From Trichinella spiralis (lineage: Eukaryota), in the NCBI RefSeq assembly GCF_000181795.1, contig NW_003526943.1:9346849-9410848 (forward strand): DNA of 64,000 nucleotides, given 5' to 3'. Position 1 is the first letter of the stretch; each line of letters opens with the position of its first letter. The position numbers and the translations under genes were made by a program. The notes beneath the pieces are model-generated. The model was given only the letters and a program-made list of their open reading frames with translations, made no database searches and was not told the origin of the DNA. This document shows positions 25,033 through 37,500 of the stretch, in pieces.

Positions 25033-26987
25033 TTAATTTTATTTATTTGTTTGTTTGTTTGTTTATTCATTCATTTGTTTATTTTTGCTAGTTGAATTAT
25101 GCTCATGAAAGTTCAAGTTATTGTGAACTTTCAATTATAGNTAATTGTAATTTGTTTTCATATATATTTTTTATTTTTGAATAAGTATTGGCTAATATTT
25201 TGACGTAAAGTGATGACGACCAAGTGTTGAGAAAAAACATTTTTTTGGTTATTTCAACATTGAAAGATTATGAATGGTTTAAAAAAGTTAAATTAATCCA
25301 TCAAAAAAAATACTATGCTAAATTAAAGAGAAAAAAAAATTAATTTGAATAAGATCAATTTTAATCAATCGCTTGAAAAAATGTAATTTTTTTCATAATT
25401 AAACTGCAATTGTCCGCTTGTTATTGCTTATTATGAATAACAACAATTGTCAAAATTTGCTCATCTGTTGTATGACAATTTATTGAATCATTACCTAATT
25501 ATGAAATTTGAAAGTTAAAANGTTTCGTAAAGAAGTAATTTTNTCACTTGAAAAACTTATCATTTATTTATTCTAGTGAAAATAACATAAANCATGTTTT
25601 TNGTCTAATCTTTAAGCCGGTGAATGAAAAAGTCTTATTGATTTAGTTTAGTTTTTATGAATAATAAGATGAAACTGTAAACCTAATAAGTTAAACATTT
25701 TTTAATTAAAAACAACATCAAAATCAATATAAATACCTGACATTTATCATTATCATTATTATTATGCATATATACAGTTATACATTTGTACATATACAAC
25801 TTTAAAAATTCATGCGTTTCTTTGCGATAACTTGTTCTTACTGTTGGAGCTTTATCAATAAATTGCCAACAACTTATAAACGTATATATATAATTACTAT
25901 CAAACGAAGCTTAACTTACTACAATCTATCCAATACAGATTAGCCATGGGAGATTTTATAAAATCTACTTGCTTTGTAATTAGCTTATTTAAACAACAAT
26001 GTATTGAATGTAACTAAAAAACACTGCCATTTTAAATAAATAAATAAATAAAACAACAACTATTTATTTTAATGTAAAATTTAAACTTATTGTCAATTAA
26101 ATCTTACAGTAAAACAAATATTATTAATGCAAAAACCTTAAAATAAGTGAATGGAGTTTTTTTTCAAGAATCATTTCATCAGTCATTTTAATTTGCTATC
26201 TTTTTTTTCTGACGACTTCATATTATTGTTAAATATAAAAAAAGGTTGTCTGCAAATATAAGGATCAAATACGAGTAATGAGCAATTGAAACTTAACTGC
26301 TTCTGCTAAATATTCGATCTGTTTACCGGTTACATTACAGAGTGGCAGAAAATTGAAATACACGCAACGAATCAGACTTAAGAAAAGGACAAGAAGCTGC
26401 TGCTATTATTTAAAAAGAAAAACTAACAGCCTCAGCTTTCACACACTTCGATTCACTTCTGCTTATCAACTATAGTAACGCCGTTAAAGAGGCTCCGCAA
26501 GATAATTCTTTTTCATTTCATCCATCACATACGTATACATATATATATATATATATATATATGTATACATGCGCGTGTGTGTGCGTGTATTCCTTGACCC
26601 TACAGGTCAGGTGTAAAATCAATCAATATTATGGAATAAGAAGGATCTTCTTAATTTCATTTCAACTTATTGTCGATCTATACAAGCGCAAAATTAATTA
26701 CTTTCACCACTATTTCAATGATCTTCAAAGTGAGAATTCTATTCAGCCGTATAAATTGGTTTCATTTCCACTTTCCATATTCGCTGCCGTCGTCAACGTA
26801 ACTTGGAAATAAATGGAAATCAGCATATTAACATATCTGCGTTCCATTTTGAAGCTGAGGCTTTGGTAAATTTTGTTGCAGAAGATGTTGCCATTTTTGA
26901 TTTGATTTCTTTTGCGTATTATCGCTTGAGAAAACAACTAGTGAACGGTTTTTGAAAAAAAAGAAAGCATGTGAATAATTTTTACTG

Positions 26988-27983
26988 ATGGACGACATAA
27001 GCATGATAGGCTCTTGGAATGTTTCATCGTTGAGAATTAAAATTCTGCTAAACTCTGACAAATTGAAGTATTCAAACGAAGCTACGGTAAGCTGGATATT
27101 ATTGACTTTGGGTTTGGTGAATTTTTTTTGCAATTTTCCCTCTTTATTGGCAATTTTATTAAGCAAAAAACTTCGCTGTACCAATCCAATGAATATGTTC
27201 GGTTTGTTATTTTTTGCATACACGATTTACAATTTCGGCGTCATTGCACGCAACACCGTGCTACTTTGGCACCAGTACACCTTCGGACACAGAATCATGC
27301 AGAGGAACCACTGCATGCTGATTTGGCTAACTGAACAGCTGGGATTTTTACTGATCATCGACATCAACGTCATCATTGTCGCACAATTTCTCTTCATGAT
27401 CATATTGAACAGTCGAAATTTAAAACTGGCAACTATCACACGTTACACGTTGAACATCCTGTTGGCCGGAATTTGCATTGCGCATCTGCTCAACGAAATT
27501 GTCACTATTTTCACATTAAACGACACAACCGATCCCTGCAGATGCAGTTTGTTGAGCGGAACGACAAAATTCAATACAAAAAGCTCCAAAATGCAGTGCA
27601 TTGTAACGACGTCCACATTAATCATCGCGTACATCATTTTGGCAATCATCATGCAAGTGAAATTCCGCACAACAACCACAACAACAACCCAACCAATTAC
27701 GGATCGTCAAAGTGGAAATTTGCATACGACCGTGCAGAATAGCAAATTTCACATTTTCATGATGACGTGCTGCTTTTTCTGCACAACTGTGATCATATTG
27801 AAATTTATCACTTACTCTTATTTGCGTACAAATCGACCAAACAATGTCGTCGTTTTCATGGTCCGTGCGATCAATACTCTGCCCCATTTGGCCGGCACTG
27901 TCTACTTTGCCACCGTATATTGGCGTTGTGGTCAATTTCAAAAAGTTCTGAACAATTTGTTCAAGTGCAAGGTGAATATTTGA
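26988..27983 (+). CDS. Intronless 7TM receptor-like protein (nematode chemoreceptor-type GPCR)
   Basis: 331 aa with seven hydrophobic segments; GLVNFFCN...ILLSKKLR at TM1; YWRCGQFQKVL after TM7. Confidence 0.8.
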   Translation: MDDISMIGSWNVSSLRIKILLNSDKLKYSNEATVSWILLTLGLVNFFCNFPSLLAILLSKKLRCTNPMNMFGLLFFAYTIYNFGVIARNTVLLWHQYTFGHRIMQRNHCMLIWLTEQLGFLLIIDINVIIVAQFLFMIILNSRNLKLATITRYTLNILLAGICIAHLLNEIVTIFTLNDTTDPCRCSLLSGTTKFNTKSSKMQCIVTTSTLIIAYIILAIIMQVKFRTTTTTTTQPITDRQSGNLHTTVQNSKFHIFMMTCCFFCTTVIILKFITYSYLRTNRPNNVVVFMVRAINTLPHLAGTVYFATVYWRCGQFQKVLNNLFKCKVNI

Positions 27984-29430
27984 AAAAAAAAGAAAAGATG
28001 CAGACAATTCTTCGAATCAGTCGAACGATTCAACTAAAAAATATTAAATTCAAAAAAAAATTTTTTTACATCTGTTTCTTTTCTTTTCTTTTCTTTTCTA
28101 CACAAAAACGACGCATTTATATCTGTTATTATGTTTTATTTTTCAGAATATAAAAATTTGATCAACGTGTTGTTTTGAAATCACTCACATGAAATGCTAG
28201 TTATTTCATTAATTATTCCAAATTATTGCTTAACATTTATGGATGTTGCAATATTTTGTTAATGTTTCCAATTTTTGAACGCTTCCAACTGTGCATCAAA
28301 TATTTACGCATACTTTGCACATAATTGAAACATTTACGCAGGATAAATTTAAATTTATTTCACGTTACGCAATTTTTATTTCATTATCTCAAACGGTCAT
28401 ATATAGAAATGCTATTCACTTTAGAATTTGAAATAACATTACCAGTTAATTAATGATGAAAAATTACAAATAAATATTTAACAGAAAATATTTTTCATCA
28501 CTTGTTGGTATACTTTATTTTACTTTCAAAATATTCATAGTGTAAATGAAATTTCTGTCTCTGACTTGTCTTGCTATGCTTTCAATTTAAAAATAAAATA
28601 TGATTATTGCATTTATAAATACTATCCATTTATCTATAAAAATTAGTCAACACGTAACAAACTTTAATTATTTTTGAACAATTTTAAATCTTCTTCACTT
28701 GCACAACTAAATTTAATTATATAATAATGTACTTTGAAAATTTATTAGCATTATCATAATAATCTACTATATAAATTTCTTTACTGAAATGCTATACATT
28801 TACGAAATATTTCAGTTTTGAATGCAATTTACTTTATTTATGTTAAAATAAAAATTAATCTTTGCATAACACTTCAAATCATGTGAAGGGAAGTTTAAGA
28901 CACGATCATTAAACTTCTATTACAAGTAATTCCTACTTTGCACAATTATTGCCTATATTCACAAAACTCTGGTACTCACGTTATACTGCGTATCACCGCT
29001 AGTTTCAATAATCTTACTTACACTGACTGAATTGAATTTAGTATTGCTTTCACAAATTATATATATGTATAATCAACTTTTATTTCTTTAATAAGCATAA
29101 ACCTGTATGGTTTTCATGGCAAATCATTTAAATTGTTACAATTCTGCTAAAAAATCAGTATAACTATATTACAGTGGTAAAGGAAGTTATTATTAATATT
29201 TGAATTTAGATAAATTTCAGAATTAAAAATTGTCAACGGTTCTTAATTTCTTGAACATCACTTTACAGTACTACATTACAAGTCATCAATCTTCTTCAGC
29301 TACAGAACAATCAGTGAAGTTAACATAAATATTTTAATTAACAAAACTCAAAACAAAAATGCACATTTTTCAACCAATCCAAAACTTTCGAAGCTCAACA
29401 TGAACGTGAAAATGCAATAATCTAAGAGTT

Positions 29431-31049
29431 TTAATCATCTTCATCATCTTCATCACTTGTAGAACTAAGTTCACGAAGACGAGCATAATATTTAGAACGC
29501 TTAACAGTAAACAAATACGGCAGTTCTTCAGTTTTTAATGAAAAGCTGCTGCCATTATCATCTGGTGGAGTCTTGAAATTATTATAGTTGTCAGATAGTT
29601 TCATTGAAAATTTTCCATTTTTCGACAGTTTGGCATTCTTTCTAAAAAAGATTACTTTAATACTTTTTCACGTGATAAGTGAATAAACATACTGAAGAAA
29701 AATTTTTAATTCTGATAACCAAATAACAATACGACTTATATTCTTAGCGTCGTCCATACCGCAGTGCTTTGTACATTCAAAGTGCAGTCCAATAACATCC
29801 AACATTTCGCTCAGTTTCAACAAGTTAACACGCAATATATCTGAAAATGCTTTTTTCAAATCAATCCAACTGCGCAGCTCTTTCGGAATGTCAAGATTAA
29901 AATAAAGCAGTTGCTTCTGCAAATACGCAGCAATATCTTCATTTCTAAAATATCATTTTCGATGGAAAAATTTAATACTGTTTTTATTTAGAAAAACAAT
30001 TTACCCATCTGTAACAAATGCAACACTTTTTCCGTCCTTTTCAATTTTAATCCACTGCAAAAAATGCTTAAACACTTCTGGAAAAAGAGGGGCAGACTCT
30101 ACATTTTCCTTTTGAAAATATTTAGTCATGGTTATTTTTTTATCTGTACAGAAATAAGCTTTTTTACTTGTCTAATTCCAGTTGAACGGGTGCAAAATTC
30201 AGATAACACAGGGTTGATTACAGGTCTACAATATGAATGAAACCTGGACAGCTAAACGAAACATTTTTACACATTCAATACTTAATACTATTACAACGCA
30301 ATTACAATTTTCACCAGGAAGAAATTATACATTCAGTGAAAGTGTCAATAAAATTAATTTTCAAAAAATATGCTAAATTCATCTAAATATACGTTATATT
30401 GTGTAAAACTAAATTTTTTTTTCCTTTGAAACACATTTTTTCCACAAAATCTTTCACATCGTCACATTAAAAATCTATTTTTACAACATAGCCTATAATA
30501 AATGGTAAAAAAGTTTTTCACTCAAAGCATTCAAAAAATTCACACTTTCACAGATATTTTATATTTGAAAATAACTGCAAAAAAAGTTTGCAAAACTGTA
30601 TTATAATAATAATAATAATAATAATAATAAAAGCTTACTACTTTCGCAGTAGATGCGTGTATGAACAAGCTTGAAAATTCGATTATCTCATTTGAATATG
30701 TTTTCCCACTCTTCTCAGTAGCACATGTACATTCGAAATGCAGTACACAATAATAATCAGTGAACGGAAGAGGATTATTTTCAGCGAACGCTTTCAATTT
30801 TCTAATTCTGTCCAAAATTCGAAGGTGCATATAAAATCTTTCTTCCAAGTCATCACTTCCTTCACTTAAAGAACACAAACTTCCAATAGAAGAACACTTA
30901 TTTATATGGATCAATCGTTACTTGCTACATAAATTATCCTTTTCCAGTTCCATGTGAATTGTTCTTGGTAACAAACTATTAATGGAAGAATAAAGTGATA
31001 AATCAGAACTGTCAGATTCGATTAATTTCTCATCAGTATCATTCGACAT
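29431..31049 (-). CDS. ERI-1/3'hExo-like DEDDh 3'-5' exoribonuclease, 6 exons
   Basis: YCVLHFECTC, NEIIEF, FHSYCRPVINPVLSEFCTRSTGIRQ, VESAPLFPEV, AFVTDG, WIDLKKAF, HCGMDDAKNI, acidic C-terminus. Exons about 31049-30922, 30864-30639, 30253-30170, 30108-30005, 29944-29693, 29641-29431. Confidence 0.88.
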
Positions 31050-34000
31050 TTTATGATTGAAAAGAAACGAAACTTTTATCAATTTTACTGTAATTTCGAT
31101 TTACAAGTAATACATCTATTACTGTAATTTATTTTTTTATATTGTGTTATTTTTTTGCATTCTACATTTTTACATATATAAATATCTCTGCACAAGTGTT
31201 GTATAGCAAATGATTTGTATTTAAATATAAATTGAAAATAAATTGATTTGAAAATTTTGATAAAATGAATTTATTCTTTAATTACTTTTAAAACTTGATT
31301 ATCACAAATCTGTCAATAATTACTGTATTTGAGCGAAATTTTATTAAAAGAGCGCGTTTGCGCGTTGGTTACGCTTGGTCTAGTGACAGTTTCTAGTTGT
31401 GACTAGTCAAGCTGGCGAAATACTGTCATATACGATTGGAAATTTGAACTCGATTTGAGCGAAATTTCATAACGGTGAATGAAGATGAAGTTTTTACGTA
31501 AGCAGCATTTATTTTATATTTTCATAATTTTTGTCAGTTCAAATTGTCCGCTTGTGTGCAATGGTCATTTTGATTTTTGTATTTCCTCGTCCGCTGATTT
31601 TATCATTATTTTGAACTGAACCAGCTCCATCTTATAAAACCGATGTTCAGCAAGATATGCTTGTCAATTGTTCTCTGAAAAACGTTGTTCTGATTGCCTG
31701 TTTGATATTGAATTTGCGGCTGGCCGATTGGGATCGCTATTCTCAATAGTGGGCATGGTTGTCGTTGTGTTGGTTGTTTGCAAAATAAGACAGAATTGAA
31801 GTATTTTTTGTTTTGCTTTCGCAAGCATGGCTGGCTTATTCGCGGTGACATGCAAGTTGACAAGTTTAAATCTCGCCTGAGGTTCGGCAATTGAAATGAA
31901 CGATTATCATCCTAATTAACGCACTGCCAGTGTTTGAACGTTATCCATCAGCTTTTGCATTGATTTGTGCCCGTCTTCGGCCAATATCAACCCCGGGTGC
32001 TGGTCAAATGCGCGGTTGCATTTTGCATTTCTTCTTGCCATATTTCTCAATCACCTTGGTGTTATAACTGTTCTTTTTTTTTGATTTGTTCAACAATTAG
32101 TTTTAACGAATGCAGCAGCAGCTCTTTGCTAACGCAGGCTTGTAGATGAGTCACCAAGATGAATCTTTGCCAACGACGATGGCGTCGAAGAAAAGTCCAA
32201 AATTGAAATCGAGTACGTTCGATTTACTATTGTTATTATGTTCTCTTATTTTGCAAGCCGCATGCAAGTGAACAACAAAACAGATGAGTCGAGCAGACGC
32301 GCGATTTTTTCTTTTATTCTTTTTTTTGCTGCCCAACTGCTGACGGATGGATGGATGTATTTGCGCTTTGCTCAGCTATGGGATGAAGCTGACTCTAAAA
32401 TCGCAGCTTCCATTTGGTCTTAAAGCTGCACATTTTGAGCCCATCCATCAATGCTTGACAAGGCGCGCGGCTCGCTTGTTGGCCATTGGCGTTGGTCATT
32501 GGAAATTTGAAGCATGAATGAATATGTACCAGACATGTTTTTGCCAAAATCAGAATTGGCTTGGAAAAAATAGGCAAATGTTTTCAATAGACACGAAATT
32601 GATGCACAGCTACTGCTGATGCTACTACTACTACTAAAATGGATTGGATTGTCATTTTATTTATTTATATTAATTTGTGGAAAGCACAGTTTTCTTCATT
32701 ATAATGATGGCGCATCATTTTTGGACGCATCATCAGATTGGGTAGTATTTGAAGTTGCATTGTTTTTGCATTGCCACATCTGTGCTTGTAGAGGAGAAAA
32801 TTGCTTCAGCGAGTGAGTGAGTGATTCGCTGAAGAAAATCGATAGGTTGAATTTTAGTGAAACGGCATCCGTTCGTTGTTCACATTATTGGAGTTAGTTG
32901 GTGGCCAGTGAGAGATTTTAATGAAAATGTAAACTTACGTATATATATATTCGAAGTTATATTTACAATTATCGGCATGGGGATTTTTTTTCTTTTTTTA
33001 TTAGCCTTTCATTGAACAGAATTAATGAATAATAATTAAAATTATCATAATTAATATTTATGTGTTGTGAAATGAACATTTATGAATTGATTATTACGAA
33101 CACAGATTTTTCATTCATACTCATATACGATTGAGTAAATACAACAGATATCATCTGATTATAGATGCAATGAATGAGATTGAATTTTTAACTTAATTTT
33201 GATAATTATTTTTTTTGATTATTCAATAAACTGTTGCAGTAAATTTTCATTTATTCATTTATTGAGAAATACTGTCAATATATTTATACAGGCAGATGCT
33301 TTATTGATTGTTATTATTGATGAAAATATAGTGCATACAGATGCATAGCCGAAATACATCCTTTATTTATATATAAGTAATTTTAATAATCTTTGTACAA
33401 AAGATAATTGAGTTTTCAAAAACCGAATTTGATTTTGAATCTTTTTGGGAAGAATTTTCATCTGCTCTTCTTTTTTTCCATTTTCCGTTACGTCGTCGTC
33501 AAATTAATCGATTGTTTTCCTTTATCTTGGGAAATAGCCTCGGTAATAATAATGGAAATATAAATTTTGAAGATATCTTCTTTCTTTCTTTTTTTTTTAA
33601 TTTAACGACTTTTAAAAATTATTCTCTTTTTTCTTCATCTTATTTATTGTTGTTGTGAATTGGTTTGCTTTGGTGTAAATATTTTTCTTTTGAAATTGAT
33701 CAATCGAAGTTGTAATCATAAATTACTGTGCAATGCATACATGGGATGCGTTGTTTGATTGGAATATTCTCTTTCTCATCAATTGCAACTGGAAGATGGC
33801 GATGCTAGTTGAATTTAAATTGAATTGAAGTGCCGATTTATTGATTTGCTTTTTTTTATTTTTGTGCACTGTTGAAATTCGTGTCTAATTTATCGAAGAA
33901 AGCTGTGTTTTAAATGTGGTTATATTTTAAAAAATTTCGGAAACAAAATTTTATAATTCATCATTTTCACTATAATTCATTTTTAATATTTCTTTTAGTT

Positions 34001-34590
34001 GTTGTTTTTTTCATTTCTTGTTGATTTTTCAAGCTTGAATGTATGTATGTATGATATTAAACAAGGCGGACGTGTTTTAATTTCAGCTTTAACCTGCGAT
34101 GGGAAAACGCTGTTGACGTTGCTTGTGCTATTATAGTAATCATAATTTGTGCTGAGAGGTTGCTGTTGTTGATATTGTTGTTTCGGTCAACTTGGTGATC
34201 GATTTCAACAGCTTAGCTATGTTAATTGACTTTCGTTGCAATTATTCATAAATATACCATACCAAGATGAATTGTATAATTCGGTTTTGTGATAAATGAA
34301 AAGACAAAATACATGAACCAGTGGAATTGTGTTTGGTGTTGATTTTAATGTTTGAATAATTTAGAACCATGAACTTTTCTTGAAATCAGTTGTGTAGTAT
34401 ATTTTGTCGTGTACTTTTTGAATACTAACTGTGGTGATGGTTGGAGAAGAAATTTTTAGTTTTTCATTTACTCTTCAAACGTGTACACTCCCACATTTGT
34501 ACAGTAGTCATCTCTTTGTTATTGTTTGCATTTTTGCTCGTTGAAGTCATTGTTTGTTTGTTTGTTTGTTTGTATAATTTTCAATTTTAG

Positions 34591-37500
34591 GCAAAGTGCG
34601 ATGCGAAGCGTGCAAGAAAAAATGCACTGGCGACATATTCAAGAGTGACGATAAATATTTTCACATCAAATGTTTTGTTTGCAAAGGTAAGTGATATGTA
34701 AATTTATTTGTATTATATATTTGTAAGCAGTTGGATTGTTTACCACACCGCCAGCCAGTTCGGTGTTGTTGTTTGTTGTTCACTCGTGCATGGACTATCG
34801 TTGTTGTTTGTCAACTAGTTTTTCGCACCGTTGCGAATGAAGCAATGCTAGTTTAGCTATCATCTTTGATTGTTAGCTGTTGTGAAAAATCTGTTGTTGT
34901 TGTTGTTATTTGTTATTTCAGACACTCCTTTTTTCTGGTTATATGGGAGGGGCGGAAAGATTTTAAATCCATTCCTCTGTTGTTTTTACCAACTTCATTA
35001 CAATCCAAAGCATATTTATCAAACTTAGTCAATCCGTTTCTCTACATGCATGTATGCAATTGGTTTTTTTTTGTATTTTTTCATCTCTTTGAAATTAATT
35101 TAATAATCAGCGACAGTTAAGTTTATGCATTTGAAAATTTCCAAATTTTGTCTCAAATTAGTTTGCATTTTAAAAATAAAAATCACTCTTCGAACTTTTA
35201 CTTACTTTTACGTATGTCATTTATTTGAGAAGAAATATGGTATTTTTTAGTGTTTACTTGTTTTCAGTGCATTCATTGTACGCATGATTGAGAATCGCAT
35301 GTTGTTAATGAATATTTTTCACCCTTGTTATTATTATTATTATTGTGTTGTGTATGATTCAATTATATTTAATTCTGTAATTTTTACATTTGAAATTATT
35401 TTTTTTCATTATCTGATTTTTAAATTTCCAGTATGCAAACAGCCGTTGAAACAAGCCGGGTTTATCATGGAAGGGGGCGATTATTATTGCTTTGCGGATT
35501 ATTACGCAAAGTTCGGTGTACGCTGCGCCATATGTGACAAATTTATCGAAGATGAGGTGACTAATTTCTCCGGCAAAACTTACCATTCGACATGTTTCAA
35601 GTGCGATCGTTGCAAGTAAAAATATTTTCACTTGAATATTCAAATTTATAGTTTTTTTTTCGTGATGTGAACGTTGCATTTGCAAATTTTGCATAGATCG
35701 GTGATACCAGCCGGTTCTGTTACTTGCAAAGGTGAACAAAAATTGTGCACAAATTGTGCATCAAGTTTGAAATCACCGAAAAATGCGGCACCTTTCAACG
35801 ATACTTTAACTGCTCAAGATTGTCATGATCTTATGGATTCGATGTGTTCACCAGGAGGTGTGGGAATTTTTTTTCAATTTACATTCATCACGTGTTCAAT
35901 TTAAACCGACAACAGCATATTATTGTGTTCTGTAATATCAATTTTCAGTTTGTGCTGCTTGTGATCAAGTGATCAGCAGTGGTCAAGTGCTGTTGGCGTT
36001 GGACACCCAGTGGCACACGTGGTGTTTCAAGTGTGCGGCTTGTCACTGCGTACTGCATGGCGAATACATGGAAAAGTAATGATATATTATTATATTACGT
36101 TTTTTTCAAAAAATTATATTCATTCATTCTTTTCATTGTTTTAGAGACGGTGTTGCATATTGTATCCGAGATTATGATCTTCGATTTGGAGTCAAATGTC
36201 ACGAATGTAATAAATATATAACTGGAAAAGTGCTTCAGGTGATTTTAGCATTATTGGCAAACTGATTATTAATTTTCATCTACTGAAATTTTAATATACG
36301 TAAATATGAATTCGCTTCCGCTTACTTTTCTCTCGTTGATTCTGTAGTGGCGGGCACATTTTCAGCTGAAACATCTCCACCATGCATACTTTGCACACAA
36401 CCAATTTCATTTGCCCTGTTTGTTTGTATTTGTGAATTATTGATAAGGGTGTTTGCTTTTGAGGCCGGAAATTTTCATTTCCATTCAAACTGCGCCCGGT
36501 GTAGTCGATGCGACATGCCTTTCTTGGACGGTCAGGAGATGTACATGCACGGTAATGTGGAAATTTATTTTTTGTTATTTTTGCTCAACATATCACATCT
36601 TGCAAACGTTTTAAGGGAACGAAATTTGGCATCCTGCCTGCAATGAATTGTCTTCATCCGATAATACAGTATGAAATTTGCAGTTGAAAAAAAATTTTTT
36701 TCAACTTTTCTTTTTATGAAGCTTTATTTTCTTTCCATTTGCAGCGAAGTGTCACAGCTCACGTTCATCGCAGCAGCCCGCAGATGCCGAAATATTCGGT
36801 CGATTTTGGTCGACACTTGCTTTACATGTACCTTCTGCCAGAACCAAATATGGGTTATCTGAAGCAGCCAATTTCACCATACCCACCCAGAGCACCACAA
36901 TTTCACACACCCCAAGGTATAGATATGACAGTTCGCACTTTCTTCTTTGTCTATATTTTGATCATGAAATCAGTGCATAGATAGGGAGGGAAATGAGCTT
37001 TGTTGTTATTGTTGTTGTTGTTTACTTTCTTTTTAGCTTTTTCCAAAAAAACAGTATATATTGTTGAAATAAATAGAATAAAAAGTGCATGCGGATAAAG
37101 TAAATCACTTTTCCATATATTGTAATTCATAGAATAGTAAAAGTAATAATCATAGATAGATATTTGCAAACTTTGAAATGCTTTTTTGTGATTAAAGAAA
37201 ACTAATCAATGAATGATTATATAGAAAAATGTATTTAGAGAGAGATTCATTTTGTAATAGATTGTTTACCTATTCTTTTTTCACATTCGTTAAGTTAAGC
37301 AGTTGTACTAATTGTATAAGAATGTATTAGTCGCCTAATAAGTAAAGTTGTATGGGAAGTTTTGTTTATTCTTCTTTCAGGTGGGCAAATTAAAATCCGG
37401 AGATCTAGAATATCCATGCTCAAGACAGGCATGCAAAAGCTTGGTAAGTAATCATGGCGACGATGAGTGAAAATAAAATGTAGCATTTTTGCATATGTAT

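Noticed and set aside
22740..25095. Overlapping and antisense ORFs within THADA (and in copy 2)
   Set aside because: Shadow ORFs of a GC-richer coding region; no motifs.
30865..30921. In-frame TAA near the start of the ERI-1-like gene
   Set aside because: It falls inside a plausible 57-nt GT-AG intron, so it is not evidence for a pseudogene.
31600..34500. Short ORFs upstream of unc-115
   Set aside because: No recognisable protein; probably promoter, 5' UTR and first intron. The start exon could not be fixed.
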